From the NCBI GenBank assembly GCA_963761335.1, contig CAVXGR010000015.1:370970-434969 (forward strand): 64,000 nt of DNA, read 5' to 3'. Below are positions 7,297 to 17,667 of the stretch, piece by piece; position 1 is the first letter of the stretch, and the number at the start of each line of letters is the position of its first letter. The stretch comes from an uncultured delta proteobacterium. Its GTDB lineage: Bacteria; Desulfobacterota; Binatia; HRBIN30; BPIQ01. Below the pieces are notes generated by a model. That model was not told the origin of the DNA. It saw only the letters and a program-made list of their open reading frames with translations, and searched no databases. Both the position numbers and the translations under genes were made by a program.

Positions 7297-10032
7297 ATGG
7301 CGACCACCACCTATGAAGATGGAGAGAAGTCGCAATTGACCGAGGGCGAGGGGCGCACACTCGCCGAGACCTTGCTCGCCGGAGAGAATCGACTCCTCGA
7401 GATGATCGCGCGGGGCAACTCGCTGGATCTGAGTCTCGATCGTCTGTGCCGCCTGGTCGAAGAGGTCTCCCCGGGTGCCCTGACAACCGTTCTCCTCCTG
7501 GATCCGAACGAGAACCGCCTCTGGCACCGGGCCGCGCCCAGTCTTTCCAGGCGCTACACCGACGCCCTCGATGGAGTCGTCATCGGCCCCTGCGTCGGTT
7601 CGTGCGGGACCGCGGCCTACCGCAACGAGCCGGTGATCACATCCGACCTCGCCGCGGATCCGCTCTGGGCCGACTACCGCCATCTGCCCCTCGCCCACGG
7701 GCTGCAGGCCTGTTGGTCCATGCCGATCCGATCCTCGGACGGCAGGGTGCTGGGGACCTTCGCGATATACTTTCGCGAGCCGTGCAGTCCGACGCCGGAG
7801 CATCGCGACCTGATCGAGCAGATCGCGTATCTCGCCAGCATCGCGATCGAGCGCACTCGCACCGAGGCAGCGCTGCGGGAAAGCGAAGAGCGCTTCCGCT
7901 GCATGGCGGACAGCGTCCCCGAGGTCATATGGATCACGCAGCTGCAGCCGGAGCGGGCTCTGTACACCAGCCCGAGCTTCGAACGCATCTGGGGCCGCCC
8001 GGTCGCGGATCTCTACCGCGACCCGCGCCTGTGGACGCAGGCGATTCACCCGGACGACCGCGTCCGCGTCGAGAACACCTTCAATCAATGGGTCGCCGGC
8101 GAGGGCATCGACTACCGCGACATGGAGTTCCGCATCGTCCGGCCGGATGGCGCGATACGGTGGATTCGCCAGAACGGCGTGCTCAGCCTCGGCGCGCGCG
8201 GGAAGCCCTCGCGGGTCAGCGGTATTTCGACGGACATCACCGAGCCAAAGCGGGCTGCGGATGCCCTGCGGCGCAGCGAGGCCTATTTGACCGAAGCGCA
8301 GCAGCTCAGCCGAACCGGCAGCTTCGGTTGGTGTCTGTCGAGCGGAGAAATCTTGTGGTCGGACGAGACGTTTCGCGTCTTCGAATACGACCGCACGGTG
8401 GCGCCTTCCGTCGCCTTGATCCTCGAACGAACCCATCCGGAAGACAGGGATTTCGTCCGCTGGACGATTGACCGTGCACTCCGCGACGGGACGGGCTTCG
8501 AGATCGAGCATCGCCTGCAAATGCCCGACGGATCGATCAAGCACGTCCACGTGGTGGCGCGCGCCGTCAAGAGCGAGTGGGCCGAGCGCGAGCTCGTCGG
8601 CGCGGTTTCGGATGTCACCGCCGCGAGAGAAGCCGCGGATCGAATCCGGCAAAACGAGAGGGAATTTCGCCAGATCGTCGAGGCCATCCCCGCGTTCATT
8701 CTCGTCTTGTCCCCGGATGGGAGTCCGCTCTACGCAAACCAGGAGCTGCTCGAATACACGTCTCTCACTCTGGAAGACGTTCAATCCCATGGCTTTCGCG
8801 AGCGCATCTTTCATCCCGAGGATCTGGAACGGCTGCGAGATGAACGGCGGGAGGCCCTGTCTCGGGGGGCTCCGTTTGTTCTGGAGCAACGAATGCTCCG
8901 CAACGACGGGCAGTATCGGTGGTTTCTGATTCGTCTCAACCCGGTGCGGAACGAGGGGGGGCAGATCATTCGCTGGTACGCCACGGGAACCGACATCGAC
9001 GATCGGAAGCGGGCGGAGCAGAGGGTCCAGCAGGAGAACATGGCGCTGCGGGAGGAGGTCGACAAGACGTCCATGTTCGAGGAGATCGTCGGTGCCTCTC
9101 CTCTGCTGCAAGCAGTCCTCTCTCGCGTCTCCAAGGTGGCGCCGACGGATTCGACGGTGCTCATCACGGGAGAGACGGGTACGGGAAAGGAGCTGATCGC
9201 GCGGGCCATCCACAAACGGTCGACGCGTTCGACCCGCGCCTTTGTGAGCGTGAATTGCGCCGCGATCCCGCTGTCCCTGATCGCCTCGGAATTGTTCGGT
9301 CACGAGAAGGGCGCCTTCACCGGGGCGCTGCAGCGGCGGCTGGGCCGCTTCGAGCTCGCGGACGGCGGCACGATCTTCCTGGACGAGGTCGGAGAGCTCC
9401 CCTCCGAGACGCAGCTGGCGCTGTTGCGGGTCCTCCAGGAACGCGAGTTCGAACGGGTCGGGGGGACCCGGCCGATTCGTACCGACGTGCGGGTGATTGC
9501 GGCCACCAATCGCGACCTGCAGGCCGCCATCGCTGCCGGCGCCTTCCGCAGCGATCTGCTCTACCGGCTCAACGTCTTTCCCATCCAGATTCCCTCGCTG
9601 CGCGAGCGCAGAGACGATATCCCCATGCTCGTGGAGTACTTCATCGGTCGCTATGCGAGGAAAGCCGGCAAGAAAATCTCCGGCATCAATAGGAAAACCC
9701 TCGGTCTGCTTCAATCGTACCCCTGGCCCGGCAACATTCGAGAATTGCAGAATGTGATCGAGCGGTCGGTCATTCTCTGCGAAACCGAGAATTTCTCGGT
9801 GGACGAGAGTTGGCTCTCAGGCCAGTGTTCTCCGCCTTCACCGGCGAGCCGGGCTCTCAGCGACAGAATCACCGGCAACCAAAAGGCTCTCATCGAAGCG
9901 GCTCTGGCGGAAGCGAAAGGCCGCGTATCGGGGCCTTGGGGTGCGGCCGCGAAGCTCGGCATTCCGCCGTCGACTCTGGATTCGAAGATCAAATCGCTGA
10001 AGATCGACAAGCAGCAGTTCAAACGCGTCTAG
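7297..10032 (+). CDS. sigma54-dependent enhancer-binding protein (GAF, three PAS, AAA+, HTH; FhlA-like)
   Basis: GETGTGKE, ELFGHEKGAFTGA, FLDEVGE, WPGNIRELQN, C-terminal HTH. Confidence 0.95.
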   Translation: MATTTYEDGEKSQLTEGEGRTLAETLLAGENRLLEMIARGNSLDLSLDRLCRLVEEVSPGALTTVLLLDPNENRLWHRAAPSLSRRYTDALDGVVIGPCVGSCGTAAYRNEPVITSDLAADPLWADYRHLPLAHGLQACWSMPIRSSDGRVLGTFAIYFREPCSPTPEHRDLIEQIAYLASIAIERTRTEAALRESEERFRCMADSVPEVIWITQLQPERALYTSPSFERIWGRPVADLYRDPRLWTQAIHPDDRVRVENTFNQWVAGEGIDYRDMEFRIVRPDGAIRWIRQNGVLSLGARGKPSRVSGISTDITEPKRAADALRRSEAYLTEAQQLSRTGSFGWCLSSGEILWSDETFRVFEYDRTVAPSVALILERTHPEDRDFVRWTIDRALRDGTGFEIEHRLQMPDGSIKHVHVVARAVKSEWAERELVGAVSDVTAAREAADRIRQNEREFRQIVEAIPAFILVLSPDGSPLYANQELLEYTSLTLEDVQSHGFRERIFHPEDLERLRDERREALSRGAPFVLEQRMLRNDGQYRWFLIRLNPVRNEGGQIIRWYATGTDIDDRKRAEQRVQQENMALREEVDKTSMFEEIVGASPLLQAVLSRVSKVAPTDSTVLITGETGTGKELIARAIHKRSTRSTRAFVSVNCAAIPLSLIASELFGHEKGAFTGALQRRLGRFELADGGTIFLDEVGELPSETQLALLRVLQEREFERVGGTRPIRTDVRVIAATNRDLQAAIAAGAFRSDLLYRLNVFPIQIPSLRERRDDIPMLVEYFIGRYARKAGKKISGINRKTLGLLQSYPWPGNIRELQNVIERSVILCETENFSVDESWLSGQCSPPSPASRALSDRITGNQKALIEAALAEAKGRVSGPWGAAAKLGIPPSTLDSKIKSLKIDKQQFKRV

Positions 10033-10190
10033 ACCGGGCTGTCGCGATCGTCGCAGCGGCCGCGCCGCCGATCTGCAAATCACCCCTCCGCACTCACGGC
10101 GAATTCCCGAAATCTCCGAGAAATCGGGATTCCGTGATTTGCACGGTGGATCGAGCCATACGGCCGCCCCGCGTCTATTCGGGCGTGTCT

Positions 10191-10206
10191 TGGCACGAAT
10201 GCGGCT
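10191..10206 (+). promoter_or_regulatory. sigma54 -24/-12 promoter for the downstream operon
   Basis: TGGCAC-GAATG-CGGCT with GG-N10-GC spacing. Confidence 0.65.
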
Positions 10207-10436
10207 TCTGCAATGAAACTCGAGAAGACACTCGAGGCGGGAACCGCTCAATCGATCGGCCCGCTAAAGACTCTCGCTGTTGGCGCCGGCGCTGCTGCGG
10301 GCGCGTCTTCTTCTCAACGATTCCTGCTGGTTGCTGAACTGAAGGATCCGTCGCGGACAGTGCTCGGCCAGGCCGGGGCTTCGAGCGGCACGAAAATGAG
10401 AAGTGGCGAAACGGACAGGCCTCTGACAGGGCCATC

Positions 10437-11108
10437 ATGAGCAAAGAGCCCGTCTATCCCAGCGACGTGGCCCTGACCCCAGCGGTCAAAGCGGTCCAGA
10501 CCCGCAAGGGCTCCCGCCGCGGCTATGCGAGCATGGAGCGTCGCGGCTCATGGGAGACCCGCATCACGCCCGATCTCGCCGAGTTCATCGAACGTCAGAT
10601 CAGCGTCTTCCTCGGCACGGCCAACACGAGCGGCCAGCCCTATATTCAGCACCGCGGCGGGCCGCCTGGATTTCTCAAGCCGCTCGACGACCGGACCATC
10701 GGCTTCGCCGACTTCGCCGGCAACCGCCAATACATCACTCAGGGCAATCTCGCCGAGAACCCGAAGGCCATCCTCTTTCTGATCGACTACACCGCCCAGC
10801 AGCGCGTGAAGATCTGGGGCGAGGCGCGCGTCGTCGAGGATGATCCGGGTCTGATCGCCAAGCTGATGCCGGAGGGCTACCAGGCGCGGCCCGAGCAGGC
10901 GATCCTCTTGACCCTCTCGGCCTGGGACGCCAACTGCCCGCAACATATACCCCAGCGCTTCGAAGCCGCGGAGGTAACCGCGATGCTCGCCGAGCGCGAC
11001 AAGCGCATCGGCGCCCTGCAAGCGGAGGTGGAGCGACTGCGTAGAGGCAGCTCGAGCGGGCAAAGTCAAAGTCTTCCAGAAGACAAAAAAGAAGGAGGCC
11101 ATCGATGA
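10437..11108 (+). CDS. Pyridoxamine 5'-phosphate oxidase-like FMN-binding protein
   Basis: [37 protein letters not shown]. Confidence 0.9.
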   Translation: MSKEPVYPSDVALTPAVKAVQTRKGSRRGYASMERRGSWETRITPDLAEFIERQISVFLGTANTSGQPYIQHRGGPPGFLKPLDDRTIGFADFAGNRQYITQGNLAENPKAILFLIDYTAQQRVKIWGEARVVEDDPGLIAKLMPEGYQARPEQAILLTLSAWDANCPQHIPQRFEAAEVTAMLAERDKRIGALQAEVERLRRGSSSGQSQSLPEDKKEGGHR

Positions 11109-11929
11109 GCACGATCACGACGAAGGACGGTACGCAAATCTATTACAAGGATTGGGGCACGGGGCAGCCCATCGTTTTCAGCCACGGCTGGCCGCTGTCT
11201 GCCGATGATTGGGACACGCACATGCTGTTCTTCCTCAAGCACGGCTATCGCGTCATCGCCCACGACCGGCGCGGCCATGGCCGCTCCACCCAGACCGGGG
11301 ACGGCCATGACATGGATCACTACGCCGACGACCTGGCGGCGCTCACCGCACATCTCGACCTCAAGGGAGCGGTGCATGTCGGCCACTCGACCGGCGGCGG
11401 CGAAGTGGTGCGCTACCTGGGACGCCACGGCGAAACCCGGGTCGCAAAAGCGGCGATCATCAGCGCCGTGCCGCCGCTCATGGTAAAGACGGCGGCCAAT
11501 CCGGGCGGGCTGGCCAAGGAGGTGTTCGACGGGCTTCAGGCGCAGCTCGCCGCCAGCCGAGCCCAGTTCTATTACGATCTGCCGGCTGGACCGTTCTACG
11601 GTTACAACCGGCCTGGGGCGAAACCCTCTCAGGCGGTAATCTGGAACTGGTGGCGCCAGAGCATGATGGGAGGCGCCAAGGCGCATTATGACGGCGTCGT
11701 CGCCTTCTCCCAGACGGACTTCACCGAAGACCTGAAGAAGATCACCGTGCCGGTTCTGGTGATGCATGGCGATGACGACCAGATCGTGCCTTATGCCGAT
11801 TCGGCACCGCTGTCGGCAAAGTTACTGAAGAATGGCACATTGAAGACCTACAAGGGCTTCCCGCACGGGATGCCTACTACGCAGGCGGAGACGATCGACA
11901 CCGATCTGCTGGCATTCCTGAAGAGCTGA
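11105..11929 (+). CDS. cpo: Non-heme chloroperoxidase / arylesterase (alpha/beta hydrolase)
   Basis: [32 protein letters not shown]. Confidence 0.92.
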   Translation: MSTITTKDGTQIYYKDWGTGQPIVFSHGWPLSADDWDTHMLFFLKHGYRVIAHDRRGHGRSTQTGDGHDMDHYADDLAALTAHLDLKGAVHVGHSTGGGEVVRYLGRHGETRVAKAAIISAVPPLMVKTAANPGGLAKEVFDGLQAQLAASRAQFYYDLPAGPFYGYNRPGAKPSQAVIWNWWRQSMMGGAKAHYDGVVAFSQTDFTEDLKKITVPVLVMHGDDDQIVPYADSAPLSAKLLKNGTLKTYKGFPHGMPTTQAETIDTDLLAFLKS

Positions 11930-11978
11930 TTGGCGAAGGCGTGATCGCACCGATGGCCGCACCGAGGAGGCGACCGCA

Positions 11979-12899
11979 ATGTTGGTGAATCCGAAGGCGT
12001 ATCTGCTGCGGGCCAGACGCGAGGGCTGGGCGCTGGGAGGTTTCAACGTCTTCAATTTCGAATCGACGCGTGCCGTCGTCGACGCCGCCGAGGAAGCGGC
12101 GGCGCCGGTGCTGTTGCAGACGTCCGAGGGAGCGGTGAAACATGCCGGGCTCGACAACCTGGTGGCGATTGCACGCCAGTTGGTTGGCCGGACCGAGACA
12201 CCGGTTGCGTTACATCTCGACCACGGCAAGAGCGAGGCGCTGGCGCGCGCCGCAGTCGATGCCGGCTACACCTCGGTGATGATCGACGCTTCGCGTGAAT
12301 CCTTCGACGAGAACCTGCGCGAGACGCGCGATATCGTCGAGTATGCACACCGGCGAGGCGTCCACGTCGAAGCCGAGCTCGGTACCCTGGGTGGCATCGA
12401 GGACCTGGGCGAACAGGCGGTGCGCTCGATGCTCACCGATCCCGATCAGGCCGCGCGCTTCGCGGCCGAGACCGAGGTCGACGCCCTGGCGATCGCCATC
12501 GGCACCTCACACGGCGCCTCCAAATTCAGCGGCCAGCCGCGGCTCGATTTCGCTCGACTGGAAGAGATCGCAAGGCGCATCCCGCAGCCGATCGTGCTGC
12601 ATGGTGCTTCCTCGTTGGGCGCCGACGAGGTTCGCTTCGCCGAGCGCTACGGCGCCGTGCTGCCGCATGCGCAGGGCGTCCCACCCGAGCTCATCCGCAA
12701 GGCCGTGTCCCTCGGCGTTGCCAAGGTCAACACCGACTCGGACCTGCGTCTGGCGGCGCTCGGACGCCTTCGCCAAGTCCTCGTAGAACGCCCGGACATC
12801 TTCAACCTCTACGAGCTGATGGGCGAGGTCGAAGCGGCCATTCGCGATGCGGTGGCCGCGCGGATCAACGTGCTGGGAAGCCGCGGCAAGGCAAAGTGA
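11979..12899 (+). CDS. fba: Class II fructose-bisphosphate aldolase family
   Basis: LHLDHG, VEAELG, GTSHG, VLHGAS, KVNTDSD. Confidence 0.9.
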   Translation: MLVNPKAYLLRARREGWALGGFNVFNFESTRAVVDAAEEAAAPVLLQTSEGAVKHAGLDNLVAIARQLVGRTETPVALHLDHGKSEALARAAVDAGYTSVMIDASRESFDENLRETRDIVEYAHRRGVHVEAELGTLGGIEDLGEQAVRSMLTDPDQAARFAAETEVDALAIAIGTSHGASKFSGQPRLDFARLEEIARRIPQPIVLHGASSLGADEVRFAERYGAVLPHAQGVPPELIRKAVSLGVAKVNTDSDLRLAALGRLRQVLVERPDIFNLYELMGEVEAAIRDAVAARINVLGSRGKAK

Positions 12900-12993
12900 C
12901 CCGGAGAAGATCATGCGCTGCATCAAGCCCAGCAACACGGATGTAAACTACTGGCCGACACCGAACGGAAGCATGCGGGAGAGGGACGTTACG

Positions 12994-13554
12994 ATGATCG
13001 GAGGTGAGTGGCGCCACCCCAGCCGGCGCCCGCCGCAGCTGGCGTTCGCGGTCTCGATTCTCCTGCTGGCGTTGAGCGGCTTGGCCCTGCTTTGGGCTCC
13101 CGGTGTCGCCCGGGCTGCCGATACGACCGCCGCGGCGGCTGCGCCGCATCGCATGTCGGCAGCCGAGATGCAGGCGTTTCTGGCGCAACCCCTGGTGGCG
13201 CGCCTGGCCACCGTGCGCGCCAACGGCAGCCCGCAGATCACCCCGATGTGGTACCTGTGGGACGACGGCAAGATCTACATGAGCACGCGCAGCTTTGCCG
13301 CCAAGGTGAAGCACATCCGCAAGAACCCGCGGGTTGCCGTGGTCATCGACGTCATGGAGGCGCCGTTCAAGAACAAGAGCGTCAACCTCGAGGGCACCGC
13401 CGAGATCGTCACCACCGACGTCGCCGCGATGACCGCCAAGATCCGCAAGCGCTACCTCGCCCTCGCCCCGGGGGCCCATCCGCCGGACAATGCCCCGCGC
13501 GTGATCATCCGCATCACGCCGAAGAGGATCGAGACCGCGGATACGACGCACTGA
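12994..13554 (+). CDS. PNPOx-like (split beta-barrel, F420/FMN) protein with an N-terminal signal peptide
   Basis: LATVRANGSPQITPMWY...KVKHIRKNPRVAV preceded by a hydrophobic leader ending in ARA. RBS GGAGAGG before ATG 12994. Confidence 0.8.
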   Translation: MIGGEWRHPSRRPPQLAFAVSILLLALSGLALLWAPGVARAADTTAAAAAPHRMSAAEMQAFLAQPLVARLATVRANGSPQITPMWYLWDDGKIYMSTRSFAAKVKHIRKNPRVAVVIDVMEAPFKNKSVNLEGTAEIVTTDVAAMTAKIRKRYLALAPGAHPPDNAPRVIIRITPKRIETADTTH

Positions 13555-13569
13555 ACGGGCGCCCCGCAA

Positions 13570-16128
13570 GTGCGAGCCGCTCTTGTCAACTCCGTTGCGC
13601 CGGGGAAGAGTGCTACCGACGTGTCGCTCTCCGGCCACCTCCGTACTTTTTCCCGCGCCGTCAGCCCGGCGAATCACGAGGTCTGGGCTCGATGGCGCCG
13701 CGCCGCCGCGGTGGCCGCGATGTCGGCGGTGCTCGGCGTTGCGGCGCTCGCCCAGGAGACGCCGGCCCCGACTCTTCCGGCGCCCCCGGCGCCCGCCCTC
13801 ATCCCTGTTCCGGAGGTCGCCACCCGCGCGGAGTCCGCGGCCGGCACTCTCGACGCGATGGCCTTTTCTCCCGAGAGCAACGAAGACCTGCGGGCCATTG
13901 ATGCAGGGCTCCCGCGGGCCGAGCATTCGCTTGCCGACCTGCGAGCTCGCAGCGCCGGGGGGAAGATGCAGCCCGTTCCGTTGCGCGACCTCGAGGATCT
14001 CACCGATCGCGCTGCGGATCTGCGCAGCCAGCTCAAGGACTTCGCCCGCAAGTTGACCGACCTGGCCACCGAGCTCGAGCACCGCCTCGCCGAATTGAAG
14101 GCCATGCATTCGCTCTGGGTGGCGACGCGTAGCAACGCTGCGGCGTCGGCGGCGCCGGCGGCCCTGTTGAAGCGCATCGACGCGATTCTCGATGGCATCG
14201 ACAAGCGGCGCGAGCAACTCAGTACTGCGCGCGAGAGCCTGCTTCTGCGCCTCGATGAGGTGGTGCAACAGCAGGCGGCCGCAGATGCGATCAACGCGCA
14301 GCTCGCGCAAGCCCGTCAACGGATCGTCGAGTCGCTGTTCGTCCGCGACAGCTTCCCGATCTGGCGCCTGCAGCGTCCCAGCGGCACTTGGCAGGAGGTA
14401 CCGCAGCGCTTGCGCGAGACCTTCGCGGCCGATGCGAGAACGGCCGCCGACTACGTCTCGCACGTGGCGCCGCGGCTGCCCTTGTTCGCGGCGCTGTACC
14501 TGCTGCTGGTGTACATCCTGCGCGGCGCAGCGCGACGTTCGCTGGGCGACGGCGAACGCGACGCCTCGCAGGACAGGGTCGCCGCCGTCGTCGAGCTGCC
14601 ATACTCGTCGGCCCTTTTGCTCACCCTGCTGATCGCGGTGTGGGCGGATCCGACCAGCCCGCGGGTGGTGCGCGAGATTCTCGCGGTCGCTGCCCTGCCC
14701 CCAATCGTGCGGATTCTGTATCAGATCATGGACCCGGACTTGCGCCACGCTATCGACGTGCTGGCGGCGTTGTTTCTGGTCGATCGGGTCCGTGCCCTGT
14801 GCTACTCCGTGCCGCTGCTCGAGCAGGCGATCTTCGTCGTCGAGATGGCGGTAACGCTGCTCCTGCTGATCTTGTTCGTCCGCTTCGACATCGCACAAGT
14901 GGCGGCGGCGCGCGAAGGCCCCGATCCGGTGAGCCGATGGACGAGCCGCGGGTTCCGCTCGGCCATCGTGCTCTCCGCCTTCGCCCTGCTCGCGGGAGCG
15001 CTGGGTTTCATGCAGCTTGCCCGCGTGATCGCCAACACCGTGCTCGGCGCCGCCTACCTGGGAACGTCCCTGTACGCTGCCTACCGCGTCGCCGATGGTC
15101 TCGTCGTCTACGGAGTGCGCTCGCGGCCAGCGCGGCTGCTCCTCATGCTGCAGCGCCGTCGCGCGCTGGTCCAGACCTTCGTCCTGCGCTTCCTTCGCTG
15201 GGCTGCCTTCGCACTCTGGGCCACCGTGGTCCTGCGGTTCGCAGGCATCTTCGACCGCCTGATCGGCACCGCTGCCGGCGTGCTCGGTGCCAAGCTCTCG
15301 TACGGGGCGTTCTCACTATCCCTCGGAGACGTGGTGGTGTTCGCGCTCACCCTGTGGCTTGCCTCGCAGGTCTCGCGCTTCCTCCGCTTCGTGTTGGAAG
15401 AGGACGTCTACCCCCGCTTACCCCTCTCCAAGGGCCTGCCGTACGCGGTCTCCACCGTCGCACACTACACCATCCTGTCCATCGGTTTCTTCATCGGTCT
15501 GGCCGCACTCGGACTCGATTTCACCCGCTTCTCGCTGCTCGCCGGCGCCTTCGGCGTCGGCATCGGTTTCGGTCTGCAGAACGTGGTGAACAACTTCGTC
15601 TCCGGCCTCATCCTGCTCTTCGAGCGGCCGGTTCAAGTCGGCGACACGGTTGCGATCGGCGATCTGATGGGCGACGTGAAGAGGATCGGAATCCGTTCCA
15701 GCACCATCCGCACCTGGGAGGGCGCCGAAGTCATCGTCCCCAACGCAAGCCTGATCTCGGATCCAGTGACGAATTGGACCCACTCCGACCGCATGCGGCG
15801 CATCGACATTTCGGTCGGCGTCGCTTACGGCACCGACCCGGAACGCGTGTTGGAGCTGCTGCGGTCGGTGGCGCGCGGCCACAAGGCGGTCGCCTCGAGC
15901 CCGGAAGCCGTCGCCCTGTTCATGGGCTTCGGCGACAGCTCCCTTGATTTTCAGCTGCGCGTCTGGACCGATCGCTTCGAGAGCTGGGTGCAGATTCGCA
16001 GCGAGCTCACGGTCGGCATCCACACGGCGCTGCGCGACGCCGGGATCACCATCCCGTTCCCGCAGCGCGACGTGCACCTCTTCCTACCCGAAAACGTCGA
16101 GACGGAAGAGGGCGACTCGGAGTCCTGA
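13570..16128 (+). CDS. Large MscS/MscK-like mechanosensitive channel (true start possibly later)
   Basis: Periplasmic coiled coil, many TM helices, GIGFGLQNVVNNFVSG, IGIRSST, IPFPQRDVH. Confidence 0.92.
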   Translation: MRAALVNSVAPGKSATDVSLSGHLRTFSRAVSPANHEVWARWRRAAAVAAMSAVLGVAALAQETPAPTLPAPPAPALIPVPEVATRAESAAGTLDAMAFSPESNEDLRAIDAGLPRAEHSLADLRARSAGGKMQPVPLRDLEDLTDRAADLRSQLKDFARKLTDLATELEHRLAELKAMHSLWVATRSNAAASAAPAALLKRIDAILDGIDKRREQLSTARESLLLRLDEVVQQQAAADAINAQLAQARQRIVESLFVRDSFPIWRLQRPSGTWQEVPQRLRETFAADARTAADYVSHVAPRLPLFAALYLLLVYILRGAARRSLGDGERDASQDRVAAVVELPYSSALLLTLLIAVWADPTSPRVVREILAVAALPPIVRILYQIMDPDLRHAIDVLAALFLVDRVRALCYSVPLLEQAIFVVEMAVTLLLLILFVRFDIAQVAAAREGPDPVSRWTSRGFRSAIVLSAFALLAGALGFMQLARVIANTVLGAAYLGTSLYAAYRVADGLVVYGVRSRPARLLLMLQRRRALVQTFVLRFLRWAAFALWATVVLRFAGIFDRLIGTAAGVLGAKLSYGAFSLSLGDVVVFALTLWLASQVSRFLRFVLEEDVYPRLPLSKGLPYAVSTVAHYTILSIGFFIGLAALGLDFTRFSLLAGAFGVGIGFGLQNVVNNFVSGLILLFERPVQVGDTVAIGDLMGDVKRIGIRSSTIRTWEGAEVIVPNASLISDPVTNWTHSDRMRRIDISVGVAYGTDPERVLELLRSVARGHKAVASSPEAVALFMGFGDSSLDFQLRVWTDRFESWVQIRSELTVGIHTALRDAGITIPFPQRDVHLFLPENVETEEGDSES

Positions 16129-16653
16129 GGGCCAGGCCCGTTGATCCCGGCGCGCTTCAGCGCCGGCCGTGCCGTCGAAATCACACGCAAATACCGGCAG
16201 TACATCTCTTCCCGATCAGCGTGCCGTCCACAACACCCAACAGGCGAGGGCCGTCGACGCGGCAAAGACGAAGAGCCCGACCAGCGCCAGAGCATCGCTC
16301 AAGGTCATGAGAACCTGGTGAACTTCGGTGAGGAGGCGCTGCCACCGGAATGCGATGGGTGGCGACCCCTGCCATCCTTTGAAGCTCCTCCTCCAAGAGA
16401 TCTAGGGCAAATTGCGGGCCACAAAGGTGCTTCGGGGTTCGAGGAGGGAAGAAGGGACAGGTGCTTCCCGGTCACGCAAATGCCGAAGGTTGGATCGGCA
16501 AAGTTGGGAATCTCGCATCTCTGCAAGCCGGCGAGGGCTCGGCGAGCCATATGGCGTGAATGGGCACCTCGCGGATCTGAGAAGAATCTGGCGGACCGCA
16601 GCAGGAACGCATTGGCGTCGCTCCGGCGGCGTATTTGCTGGAGGTGTGCCCGG

Positions 16654-16858
16654 GTGCCCACGCAGAGCTCCGAAGTGGTGGCCATTCTCAACCAAGTCGG
16701 CGATCTGCTCGAGATCGAGGGGGCGAACCCGTTCCGCGTCCGCGCCTACCGCAAGCCGCCCGCGCTGGGAATGGCGGGTCCGGTGCGGCGGCGAGCCCGG
16801 CCGACGTGACAACACGCGGTCCTGGCCGCAGCTGGAGAAGCTGCTGCGCCGGCGTTGA
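16654..16858 (+). pseudogene. polX: Internally deleted DNA polymerase X/PHP (polX) remnant
   Basis: RBS GGAGG, then VPTQSSEVVAILNQVGDLLEIEGANPFRVRAYRK (PolX N-terminus), then DV.NTRSWPQLEKLLRRR* (PolX-PHP C-terminus). Confidence 0.75.
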
Positions 16859-16979
16859 CAGGATTTCAGGCTGAGACCGAAGCATGCGCGCCCGCCATCC
16901 ACATGACGATCGCCGACCCCTTGGCCACAAGCGCAGCAGCGAAGCGATACCGCTGAGGCTGATCACCCCGGAGCAAGGC

Positions 16980-17598
16980 CCCGCCGCTCCGCGATCCGAT
17001 CTCGTTCCGTCCGTGTGTCTGGCCATCTTCACGGCGGTGCGGATCGGTCTCGATGGAGCCGCGCTACCCCGAGGACTGGCTGCTGGAGAATCTCCTCACC
17101 TTTGCCTGCGTGCCCGCCGCCGTGTTGACCTATCGGCGTTTCCGCTTCACCGATCAGGCCTACGTCCAGGCGCTGCTCTTCCTGATCCTCCACACCGTCG
17201 GCAGCCACTACACCTATTCCCATGTGCCGCTGGGCGACTGGGCACAGGAGGTCTTCGGTTTCTCCCGCAACCACTACGATCGGCTGGTGCATTTCTCCTT
17301 CGGCCTCTTGATGCTGCGACCGATGCGCGAGCTCGTCATCCGCCGGCCGAAGGTGCTCGGACACGCCGCCGTATTCTTCCTGAGCTTCGCGGCGATCGCC
17401 TGCCTCAGCCTCGGCTATGAGATGCTCGAGTGGACGGTGGCGGCGGTGGTCGATCCGTCCGCCGGCACCGCCTACCTCGGCACCCAGGGAGACGTTTGGG
17501 ACGCGCAGAAGGATTCGGCGTTTGCCTGCGCCGGCGCGCTCATCGCCGCCGCCATCGACGGCTGGCAACTGCGCGAGGGGCCGCGGAGCGCGGCATAG
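16980..17598 (+). CDS. DUF2238 (YjdF-like) membrane protein, apparent frameshift near 17050
   Basis: DWLLEN, HTVGSHYTYSHVP, RNHYDRLVHF, YEMLEW, LGTQGDVWDAQKD. The first TM (VCLAIFTAV.IGL) is in a different frame. Confidence 0.8.
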
Positions 17599-17667
17599 CG
17601 ACTCCCCTTTTCGGGAGAGCCCCGGAGCGGAAGCGAGGCCGACACGCCATCTCCGTCGGGCCGCGGC

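Noticed and set aside
7171..9714. 847-aa - strand ORF, and similar long antisense ORFs over mdtBC, mscS and ftsH
   Set aside because: Shadow frames typical of high-GC coding DNA.
10213..10440. 75-aa ORF before the PNPOx gene
   Set aside because: Its ATG lies at or before the predicted sigma54 transcription start; no RBS or motif.
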